Positions 7,467 through 15,500 of a DNA stretch of 41,921 bases are shown piece after piece (the stretch's first letter is position 1; each line of letters starts with the position of its first letter). The stretch is from positions 1-41,921 of the IMG/VR virus record IMGVR_UViG_3300031673_000151. One strand, written 5' to 3'. Origin of the DNA: a virus. Lineage: Duplodnaviria > Caudoviricetes. The translations under genes were made by a program, and so were the position numbers. Below the pieces are notes generated by a model, which ran no database searches, was not told where the DNA came from, and saw only the letters and a list, made by a program, of their open reading frames with translations.

Positions 7467-7915
7467 CCCAGCCTGCCGCCGCAGTGCTGGCGTATGTGGA
7501 AGCACTGAGCCGCAAGCACTACGAGGAAATAGGATTCCTGCCGAAGCCACGGCTTGAGCAGTACCACCAAGCAGGCCGGCTCTGGATGCAGACCGAGAAC
7601 GACGACCTGTGCGGCTTCTTGGTGTGGGGCAATGGCTGGCCGGCGCTGCGCGTGTACCAAGTTTGCATCCAGTACGACGCCCAACGCAGAATGCACGGCG
7701 CAGAGTTGGTGGGCAGGCTGATCCGCAAGGCCGAGGCGGAAGGATACGAACGAATCTCGGCCTGGGTGGCTGACGACATACCGGCAAACGACTTCTGGCA
7801 TTCGATGGGCTTCCAGTTTCACGGGCAGCGTGCGGGAGGCTCGAAGCGAGGCAGGATGCACAACGCCTGGGTCTACTGGTGCTCATCCCCGGCGCAGATG
7901 TCGCTGATTGGGTAG
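7406..7915 (+). CDS. cassette-borne GNAT-family N-acetyltransferase
   Basis: VCIQYDAQRRMHGAELV (acetyl-CoA motif A) and ANDFWHSMGF (motif B); the start codon is uncertain and probably lies in the attC loop. Confidence 0.8.
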   Translation: MQDEATSGAAVGAPLDREVRPQPAAAVLAYVEALSRKHYEEIGFLPKPRLEQYHQAGRLWMQTENDDLCGFLVWGNGWPALRVYQVCIQYDAQRRMHGAELVGRLIRKAEAEGYERISAWVADDIPANDFWHSMGFQFHGQRAGGSKRGRMHNAWVYWCSSPAQMSLIG

Positions 7916-7960
7916 AACGTAATTTAGGCATCAAAAGTGAAATATAATCCTGGCATAGCC
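7912..7960 (-). other. candidate attI-like site terminating the array
   Basis: - strand ...TTATATTTCACTTTTGATGCCTAAATTACGTTCTAC: a GTT core preceded by a degenerate L box (CCTAAA, compare attI1 CCCTAAAACAAAGTT), non-palindromic, at the position and polarity expected for attI. Confidence 0.5.
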
Positions 7961-7989
7961 AACAAACGCGGCGCGGAGGAATTGAAGCA

Positions 7990-8184
7990 ATGAGCTTTGC
8001 AGACTGGAAAAAACGCTCCAAGGTTTATCAGATCTACAAGACCCATGCCGAACGATATGGGCACGATGTCGTAGCCCAGGCCGCATACAAAGCTGGCGAG
8101 CGCAAAGGCCGTAAAGATGCGGAAGCGGCAGCACAGCGGGCTATCGAGTTGCGGGCGCGATTGGTTGCGGAGTTGATGCCGTGA
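7990..8184 (+). CDS. hypothetical protein
   Basis: GGAGGA RBS; GTGA overlap with ninB. Confidence 0.65.
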   Translation: MSFADWKKRSKVYQIYKTHAERYGHDVVAQAAYKAGERKGRKDAEAAAQRAIELRARLVAELMP

Positions 8185-8633
8185 GCAAATTCATCACCCG
8201 CAACATCATCCTGCTTGACGATGATCGCCGGAATATCGCAATCGCTGCCATAACGAATGCGCCATCCGGTATCGAGTGCGTGTTGCGCGAGCAGGTGAAG
8301 GCAAGGAAGCTTGACCAGAACGCGCTGATGTGGGTCGGGCCATTGGCTGATATATCCGCGCAGGCGTGGGTAGCAAACCGGACATATAGCGACACGGTTT
8401 GGCATAAGCAATTCAAGGCCGAATATTTGCCGGAAGAGGATGCACCCGACTTACACGAACTGGTGAAAGACCCTTTCAAATACCGCAAATGGGATTGGAC
8501 TCCGAAGGGAGAAAGGGTTTGCGTAGGCAGCACAACGGATCTGACGGTTAAGGGATTCTCGCAATATCTGGAACAGGTTTATGCGTTCGGCGCTAGCCTG
8601 GGCGTGTTGTTTAGCGCGGGGAGTAAATCATGA
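8181..8633 (+). CDS. ninB: NinB-family recombination protein
   Basis: RKLDQNALMW..LADIS.Q and GSTTDLTVKGFSQYLEQVYAFGA..GV.F motifs. Confidence 0.85.
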   Translation: MSKFITRNIILLDDDRRNIAIAAITNAPSGIECVLREQVKARKLDQNALMWVGPLADISAQAWVANRTYSDTVWHKQFKAEYLPEEDAPDLHELVKDPFKYRKWDWTPKGERVCVGSTTDLTVKGFSQYLEQVYAFGASLGVLFSAGSKS

Positions 8634-8827
8634 CTGACCCCATAGCAACCATGAGCGCATACAACGAATGGCGGCGCGGCGACGATAGCCCGCAGCCAGA
8701 CCCAAAGCCAATCGGGATTGCGATTGACGCGGTAATCGCAGAGTTGGAATCGCTACGTAAAAACGAATACATCTGCAAGAAATGCGGATTGCGGAAAAAC
8801 GACAAGCATCCGAAGGGGGATTTTTGA
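8630..8827 (+). CDS. hypothetical nin-region protein
   Basis: YNEWRRG...IGIAID, C-terminal CKKC; coupled to both neighbours. Confidence 0.7.
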   Translation: MTDPIATMSAYNEWRRGDDSPQPDPKPIGIAIDAVIAELESLRKNEYICKKCGLRKNDKHPKGDF

Positions 8828-9246
8828 TGGGAGACGTGACGTTATTTGCTGTACTGAAAATGCCACCTGAGTTATGGGACAACGATAGCCCGATTGACGT
8901 TTATCAAAGGCATTCGCGGTATGTCTACGCAGCAGACGAGATAGAACGGTTGCGCATCAACGAAAAAGCCAGCCATGAAGTAATCAAGAAATGGCGCGCT
9001 GAGCGGATGGAGATGGTTGTAGAGATTGAGCGGCTTCGAAAACTGGCAACGTGCAGCTGTGGGGATGGGTTTGCAGAACATGATCCGGGCACATGCGGCA
9101 ATTGTTTGGCCGCACTTTCGGCTGGGGTCGACCGGCTGCGCGAAATCGAGAAAGCCGCAATCAACGTGTGCGACTGCAAGGGACGTTATCACGCCGAACT
9201 GACAATGAATCGGCTGATGGAAGTGTGCGGAAGGGTGAAGAAGTGA
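8827..9246 (+). CDS. hypothetical nin-region protein
   Basis: TGATG coupling; Cys cluster. Confidence 0.7.
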   Translation: MGDVTLFAVLKMPPELWDNDSPIDVYQRHSRYVYAADEIERLRINEKASHEVIKKWRAERMEMVVEIERLRKLATCSCGDGFAEHDPGTCGNCLAALSAGVDRLREIEKAAINVCDCKGRYHAELTMNRLMEVCGRVKK

Positions 9247-9776
9247 GGCCGAAGAAATGCAAGGGATGTGGCGAGAAATTCCAGCCCGTCCGGCAATTCC
9301 AGAAAGCGTGCTCCGTCGAATGCAGCGTTTTGATGATTGTTGCCGCTAGGAAGAAGGCGAAGCGCACAGAGTACAAGGAAGCCAAGAAACGGGCCAAAAC
9401 TCGTGCGGATTGGCTGCGAGAGGCACAGGCAGCCGTGAATAAGTATCGCCGCTTGCAAGACCTCGCTGCTGGCCACGGCTGCATATCCTGCGGCACTCAC
9501 AACGGGAAGATGAACGGAGGGCATTACCGTTCGGTTGGAGCTAGCCCTGAAACGCGGTTTTTGCCTGAAAACATATCGCTCCAATGCGAACGCTGCAACT
9601 CACATTTAAGCGGCAACATCATCAATTACCGGCTGGGCCTGATAGCGCGTTACGGCGTGGGGTATGTGGAATTTCTGGAAGGCCCGCACCCGGCAACACA
9701 TTACACCGTCGAGGATATCGAGGGCATTAAGCGGAAATATTCAGCATTGGCTAGGGGGTTGGAACGTGGGGAATAA
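9243..9776 (+). CDS. ninG: NinG/Rap-family endonuclease
   Basis: KKCKGC..F...QKACS.EC; AQAAVNKYRR; CISCG; GGHYRSVGA.PE.RF...NI.LQC.RCN.HLSGN...YR. Confidence 0.9.
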   Translation: MRPKKCKGCGEKFQPVRQFQKACSVECSVLMIVAARKKAKRTEYKEAKKRAKTRADWLREAQAAVNKYRRLQDLAAGHGCISCGTHNGKMNGGHYRSVGASPETRFLPENISLQCERCNSHLSGNIINYRLGLIARYGVGYVEFLEGPHPATHYTVEDIEGIKRKYSALARGLERGE

Positions 9777-9951
9777 AAACGTCAACGGGGATGTGCTAAT
9801 AGACGCATATTGCTGCGTTTACGCTCAGACCGGCATTTACATCCCAACACGTGCCCATATCACGGTATGCGCAAGGACGTTGCTGAATTGCGAAAAAACA
9901 AAATCTTGCGGATTCGAGTTAACCAAGGGGACATACGATGTTGCAGCGTAA
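9766..9951 (+). CDS. hypothetical protein
   Basis: Fills the gap after ninG; GTG start uncertain. Confidence 0.4.
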   Translation: MGNKNVNGDVLIDAYCCVYAQTGIYIPTRAHITVCARTLLNCEKTKSCGFELTKGTYDVAA

Positions 9952-10102
9952 TGGTGATACCAAGTTCTGTGGTGGATGTGGCGAATACAAGCCGGTAGAT
10001 GGGCGCGAGAAGGAAGCTAACTCGCATTGCCACTGGTGCATGGACTGTATCGAAGCGCAGAAGGCGGAAGCCGATGGAAAGGCCGAGAGTGGCGCTCGAT
10101 AA
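9938..10102 (+). CDS. small Zn-ribbon protein (54 aa)
   Basis: KFCGGCGEYKP...WCMDC; GGGGA upstream. Confidence 0.55.
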   Translation: MLQRNGDTKFCGGCGEYKPVDGREKEANSHCHWCMDCIEAQKAEADGKAESGAR

Positions 10103-10256
10103 GCGTTTCTATCAAGACCCTTCCTTACATGCCCGGTACGAAGGTGAGATTAATCCATGCCTGAGATGCAAGCACATCGGCAAGGTATTCGACCTGCCGT
10201 TCTGCCAGCGCGGACTAGTGATGAAACCGAATTGCAAACAATGGAGGGGGAAATAA
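10074..10256 (+). CDS. small Cys-rich protein
   Basis: MERPRVALDKRFYQDP...CLRCKH...C...CKQW. Confidence 0.55.
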   Translation: MERPRVALDKRFYQDPSLHARYEGEINPCLRCKHIGKVFDLPFCQRGLVMKPNCKQWRGK

Positions 10257-10468
10257 TGGACATTGAAGATCGCGCATTGCAGATCCATACCAAAATTCAG
10301 CGGGATAAATCGCCGGTTGCGGTGTACCTGATAAACGGATCGTTCCGCACGAAAGGGAAAAACACTTCCTGGCTGACCGGTGCCACCATAGAAAACCTCG
10401 TGGGGGTCTATGACGAATGCGCCGACCTTGGTTATATCGAAGACGACATGATGGCGATGGCGAAATGA
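10256..10468 (+). CDS. hypothetical protein
   Basis: GGAGG RBS; TAATG coupling. Confidence 0.65.
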   Translation: MDIEDRALQIHTKIQRDKSPVAVYLINGSFRTKGKNTSWLTGATIENLVGVYDECADLGYIEDDMMAMAK

Positions 10469-10629
10469 GCACGTTTTATTGCGCGTCGTGCAGGTCAGAC
10501 AAATCAATCGAAGGGCGGCAGCGCATGATGAATAAAACGGGAAGGCCTGGAAGATGGCGCTGCGCCAATTGTAAGCAAAGGGCAAAAGATGCATTGGCGC
10601 AACGTAGACAAGCATCACCTTCAAGCTGA
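10465..10629 (+). CDS. small Zn-ribbon protein
   Basis: FYCASC...RWRCANC; ATGA overlap. Confidence 0.6.
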   Translation: MSTFYCASCRSDKSIEGRQRMMNKTGRPGRWRCANCKQRAKDALAQRRQASPSS

Positions 10630-10759
10630 CGGGTGGACGATAGCAAAGTGCTTTGTGGGTGACGATACAAAGTACGTTTTATGGCGCGGCGGCACATTAA
10701 TTAATGTGTTCGATGATGCGGACTCGGCAAAAGAAGAAGCAGAAAAGGGAATGAAATGA
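10589..10759 (+). CDS. small hypothetical protein (56 aa)
   Basis: MHWRNVDKHH...FDDADSAKEEAE; ATGA overlap with the next gene. Confidence 0.55.
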   Translation: MHWRNVDKHHLQADGWTIAKCFVGDDTKYVLWRGGTLINVFDDADSAKEEAEKGMK

Positions 10760-11241
10760 GGCAATGCTTGGCTCGTGCTGTAAATTCTTCAAATTTGGAG
10801 ATGGAGACATTCGAAACAGACGTAGACCGAGTAGCCGCAATGGCAGCCGGCACGCACCTAGGCAGTTATTTATTGAGGATCAGGGATGGTGGGCAGGTAG
10901 AATTTTCGCACCGTGCTATGCTGATATTGGCAAGGCGAATTCACAAGCGCCACAGGATCGTTAGGACACTGGCCGAGGCGATTGCAACCCAAGCGTTGAT
11001 CGAATGGATTAAGCCATGGTGTAGAGCCTGCGGCGGGGCAAGAGAGTTGATGATTGATAGCAAGCCAACAACCTGCCCGAAGTGCGGAGGATCTGGTGTA
11101 CATCGTCACTCAGACAGAGAACGGAGAAGCGCGATTGGGTCATGGGGTGGGAGAATCGAAACAGGATTCAATTATGCCGCGGCAGAAATATCATCAGCGG
11201 CTGCGGACATGGCTACAGGTGCAAGAGCGAGGATAGGGTGA
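10756..11241 (+). CDS. late antitermination protein Q-like
   Basis: CRACGG...CPKCGGSG zinc finger; last gene of the nin block. Confidence 0.7.
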   Translation: MRQCLARAVNSSNLEMETFETDVDRVAAMAAGTHLGSYLLRIRDGGQVEFSHRAMLILARRIHKRHRIVRTLAEAIATQALIEWIKPWCRACGGARELMIDSKPTTCPKCGGSGVHRHSDRERRSAIGSWGGRIETGFNYAAAEISSAAADMATGARARIG

Positions 11242-11409
11242 GCCAAAGTGGTTTTTAGCTTTATGTTTATTCTGCTCGGCATTACTATATGGCTTTTTAA
11301 AGTGATGCCGTAATTATTAGGACACGAAATGGATAGGCGTGGATTTCTTGGGGTGATATTGGCTGCTGGAGTAGCCCCATTTGTCGTAAAAGAATAATTG
11401 GAGATTAAT

Positions 11410-11685
11410 ATGTATTACGGAAAAGACGTGTTTTTTGAAAAGGTAATGGAATGGATTGTAGAAAAACTTTTACTCCCGTTTTTTATCATCATTATAACGA
11501 TTTTCTCATTTGGCGGATTGGCCTGGTTGATGTTTGAAATATTCCAATACATTAATAACCCCGTTAAATATATTGATCTTCCAGCAAACCAATTGGCGTG
11601 CAGTCAGACCATAGAACTATGTCGGCCTCCATATTCTTGTGGCTCAAAGATTCAGTGGACGAAACAAGTCAATGCTGACAAATAG
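11410..11685 (+). CDS. single-pass membrane protein
   Basis: GGAG RBS; long hydrophobic segment; AT-rich. Confidence 0.6.
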   Translation: MYYGKDVFFEKVMEWIVEKLLLPFFIIIITIFSFGGLAWLMFEIFQYINNPVKYIDLPANQLACSQTIELCRPPYSCGSKIQWTKQVNADK

Positions 11686-11762
11686 CCATTAAAAGATCGT
11701 CGAACTCTGAATAGATTAGACCGCCGTACTTAGAAATTCAGTTAACCGAGAAAGGATTTTAT

Positions 11763-11957
11763 ATGTGGTGCTGGCACAAGTGGGGGAAGTGGAGTGACCC
11801 GACAAACGGAATTTACTCACCGTTCGGGCCTACCGGATACAGTGATGTCGGGTACTTCGCTGTGGCACAAATGAGGATTTGCGAGAAGTGCGGAGTAGCG
11901 CAGCACCGCACGCTTCCGAAGGTGAGAAGCCTGGCGTCGTTGAAGGATGAGACATGA
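11763..11957 (+). CDS. hypothetical protein
   Basis: AAGGA RBS; CWHKWGKW...RICEKCG. Confidence 0.7.
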   Translation: MWCWHKWGKWSDPTNGIYSPFGPTGYSDVGYFAVAQMRICEKCGVAQHRTLPKVRSLASLKDET

Positions 11958-12478
11958 GTTACGCACAATTGCCAAACAATACCGCCGATAGCCAACCAAA
12001 CTTGATCGTTGTTGGCGCGCTAACTGGGGCATTCACCATGGGGATTGCAGCGCCGATGCGAACTGAAAAGACCACGCCGGATGCATACCGGCTTGCCAAG
12101 AAGCCTGATGGTACGCTGGTGCTCCAGGGATCTTACATGTGGTATGAGGGATGGAACGATTTTGTATATTTCAAAACCACTCCCATGCAAGGCGCAACGC
12201 CCGGTGCAGTCCTTTCCTTCGCGGGGCTTCGTAAGCTAAATTTCAAAGCCGACATCAAGCCCGTCAAGGTTCCTGTTAACGATGCGGCCAAGATTGACCG
12301 CATCAAGACACTGCTGGCAAAGATCGGGGGGCAATGGGAAGAGGGGCATAAAACTCCCACCATGACACATCCGCCCATTCGGGATGCCCTTTTCGCGCAG
12401 GTCGCGGAAGAAGAAGGGCTGGCTGGCGTCGAGGGAAATTGGAGATCCACTTTGACTTTTCATGGGGAGAATGGCTGA
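11954..12478 (+). CDS. hypothetical, possibly chimeric protein
   Basis: ATGA overlap; last + strand gene before the convergence point. Confidence 0.55.
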   Translation: MSYAQLPNNTADSQPNLIVVGALTGAFTMGIAAPMRTEKTTPDAYRLAKKPDGTLVLQGSYMWYEGWNDFVYFKTTPMQGATPGAVLSFAGLRKLNFKADIKPVKVPVNDAAKIDRIKTLLAKIGGQWEEGHKTPTMTHPPIRDALFAQVAEEEGLAGVEGNWRSTLTFHGENG

Positions 12479-12529
12479 TGGCAACCGGAGGCTTGGTCAG
12501 CGGTCGTTATTCTGGCCGTCATCCCGCTA

Positions 12530-15500
12530 CTATTCCAATTTGGTCGCGTTCTTATCGGGGTGCTTTAGACGGTACAGCCTGTCATTAAGTTTTTTCATTT
12601 CTCCGGTTATTCGCATATCAATTAATTTGATACGCTCCTTTTCTGCGTCGTTCTCGATCAGGTGGCGCTTCTGCTTGCGCAGTTCTCCAACCTTACGCTC
12701 GGCCTGATTGGCAAACCAGAATAACCTGGCCTCCGGATTGTCACGCAGGTATTCCATTGCTTCTGCGCCTTTGCGATCCTTGCGCAGCCCTTTGATAGTG
12801 GCCTCATGCTCATTCAATTCCTTGAGGTTCGAATAGAAGGCGTTGCCTTCTGATGCTTGGCCTTCGGTGCTACCGTAAAATCTACCGATAAGCGGTATCT
12901 TGTGGCTTGGAAAATCCTCGCCGGTAAACATCGTTTCTGCCGTGGTCGTTGCCTTGCCAATCTCGCGCCCAACACCGCCGGTCACTTGTCCGATCAGGTA
13001 TTCGATCTGGTCTGCGGTCGGGCTGGCGATACCTTGCTTGTACTTGGTTCCGCCGGATAACGTGTTGATGGCTTCTGCAATCCACTTGGCCGGTGCGCTA
13101 GACACGTCCTTGGAGCGAGTGAATCCTGGGGTTGGATTGAGGCTGTTGAAATCCTCGCGCGCGATAGGTTTCCCCGTCCAGTCCTTGTTCATTCCGAGCG
13201 CGACTATCGGGTCGGTAATCGTGGGGGAAATAATCTGCGCAATCGGGGAAGATCCGCCTAGCGGGTTGGTTGCGTCAACCAGCACGCCCATCATGCTTTC
13301 AATCTTCTTACTTGCCCCCTGTCCGCCAGACAGCATCAGCTCCATGCTCAAGCGCCCGATGTTCGGCAGCACGTTGAAGCCTAGAGGCATTGGCAGCGTC
13401 AGGTATTTCTTATCGCCAATTGGCAGGATCAGGTTGCGCTCGCGCACAAAGTCCGGCGGTTCGTCATCGTCAAACCAGGCTGCGGCCAGCAACAGCGCTT
13501 GCATTGCACCTATGGTAATGCCGCCGTAGATAATTTTCTTGCCTGCCGGCCCTTTCAGGGCTGACGCCATCCGTGTCATGCCCTGCACGGAAGCATTAAA
13601 GAATGCGTACAGAGCGCCGGCCTGCATCGCCATTTCGCCCTTACGATTGAAGTTAACTGTGAGATTCTTGGCGAGACTCGCGGACTGCTCTATCGACATG
13701 CCGGATGCCTTGGCCTCCTTGTAAGCGGCCAGCCGCACCGTGTTTTCCATGGTTTCGTTGTAATCTGATAGCCAATCCAGCAACGGCCTTGCTCCCTTGT
13801 CAATCAGCATGGTTGCCGGGTTCTCCAGATAACCATTTGCAGTGATAACCTTTCCCCATGCGGTCTTTGTCCACCAGTCATGGTCGAGCGCGTGCTGGAT
13901 AGCTTCTGATCGGTCTGCGCCGGTCCTGAACATATCTCGGTATCCGGTCTTTCCTCCGGCTTCCGCGAACTCTTCCGCCAGTTTCGCCCAATCGACATCA
14001 AAGCCGCGCATCTTGTGCTTGATCGATCCGGCCAAAATCTTCCATACATCGGCCAGAATCTTGCCTTGCTTTCCGGACAATGGCGTGTCGGTCAAGTTAA
14101 TCATGGCTCCCTGCACGTCGCGCACCAGGTTGACTACGCCAAATATCGGGTTGTATTGGGTGTTGATCGCAGAGAAGTAGCGCGTCACCTTGGCGGTCGT
14201 TCCAAGCAGTTCGCCTAATTGCGAGCCGTCCAGATTCTTGATGGAGGCCGCCATGCGCACGGCGCGCTCGTTGCGCTCGTTGAAGAGGATCGAATGTTCC
14301 TCGATCTTGCCGGTATCTGGATTAGGGATCTTCACCATCACCACGTTGTCTTTTGACTTGTAGAGCGAGTCCACACGCTCGACTACCTGATCCACGCCGC
14401 CGATGGTTTCTACAACGCGCATCACGGGCGGCTTGTCCACCTTCCAGAAATCGGGGTTTGGATTCTCCTGGGCCAGCCCGTACAGCGCCATTACCACCCG
14501 GTTCTTCTCGCCACGAACTACCGCCTTGTCGCGCTGATTGGCAATGTTGCCGAGAATGTCCACCACCTCGCGCTTTGATCCGGTACGCTTCTTGGACTCG
14601 CTTCCGCGAATTGAAAACCCCTGCCCGGCGCCGGTGCCGTGCGCCATCGTGTCCATATCCTCACGATTAAGCGGGACGTAGAACCGATAGGCGTTCTCCA
14701 AAGTATCCTTGTCGGACTGAGAAATCAGCCCGTATTCCAGTTGCTGCTGGCGAGTCTTGGCGGTCATGGCATAAACCCGCTTCGCCAGCGCTTCAAACGT
14801 CTTGCGCTGTTCCGGCGATAGAGCGTCCATGTAGTCGTCGGCCTCCCGATCCGTCATGCCGGAACCGCCGTCCCACATTTCTTCATTGTCCGGATTGATC
14901 GAAGCAATATGCGCGTTCGCCTCATTGGCGTGTTTCGCCCACAGGTATTTGCCGAGATCTTCCTGTGACACCTTGCTCATGCGCATCACGGTAATCAGCG
15001 GATTGAGTTCGTTGTTCAGGAATTCATCAATCCGAGTCGCCGCCCTGCCGTGGAATAACTCTTCCTTCAGATAGGCGTTGATTGCGTCCTTGATCTCGCC
15101 AGACGTTTCCTTGATGGCTTTCTGGACTTGTTTGAGGTCGATATGCTTGTTCTGGATGCGATAGACAAAGTTATCCAGCATGGATGGCTCTGGAGCATCC
15201 CATGCGGAACCATCCGTTGCGGTAATGTCGGGTGTTTTGCGGGAATAGAGAATGCCTTGCAGTGGAGTTCCGCTTAATCCCCCTGGTACGATCCTGCCAA
15301 TCTGAGCCAGTAGATCTCCCCCTCTTTCGCCGCGCGCTGCGCGTGAAAAGGTATTTGTGGTAGCCGCTCTTTTAAGCGTTGCGCTTCCGATAATACGCCT
15401 GGATTGAACATCAGCAGGTGATCCAGTTCCTTGTCCTTCAGTTCGAGCGTTATTTCCGTTCCCGGCTTGAGCAGGATTTGCAGCATTTCTAGCTTGCTTT

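Larger units (their letters stand above)
5051..7960 (-). mobile_element. integron-like gene cassette array without integrase (attC array plus attI-like end)
   Basis: Five complete attC palindromes and one half site, each separating 1-3 ORFs; cassette ends are mutually complementary. Confidence 0.88.
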
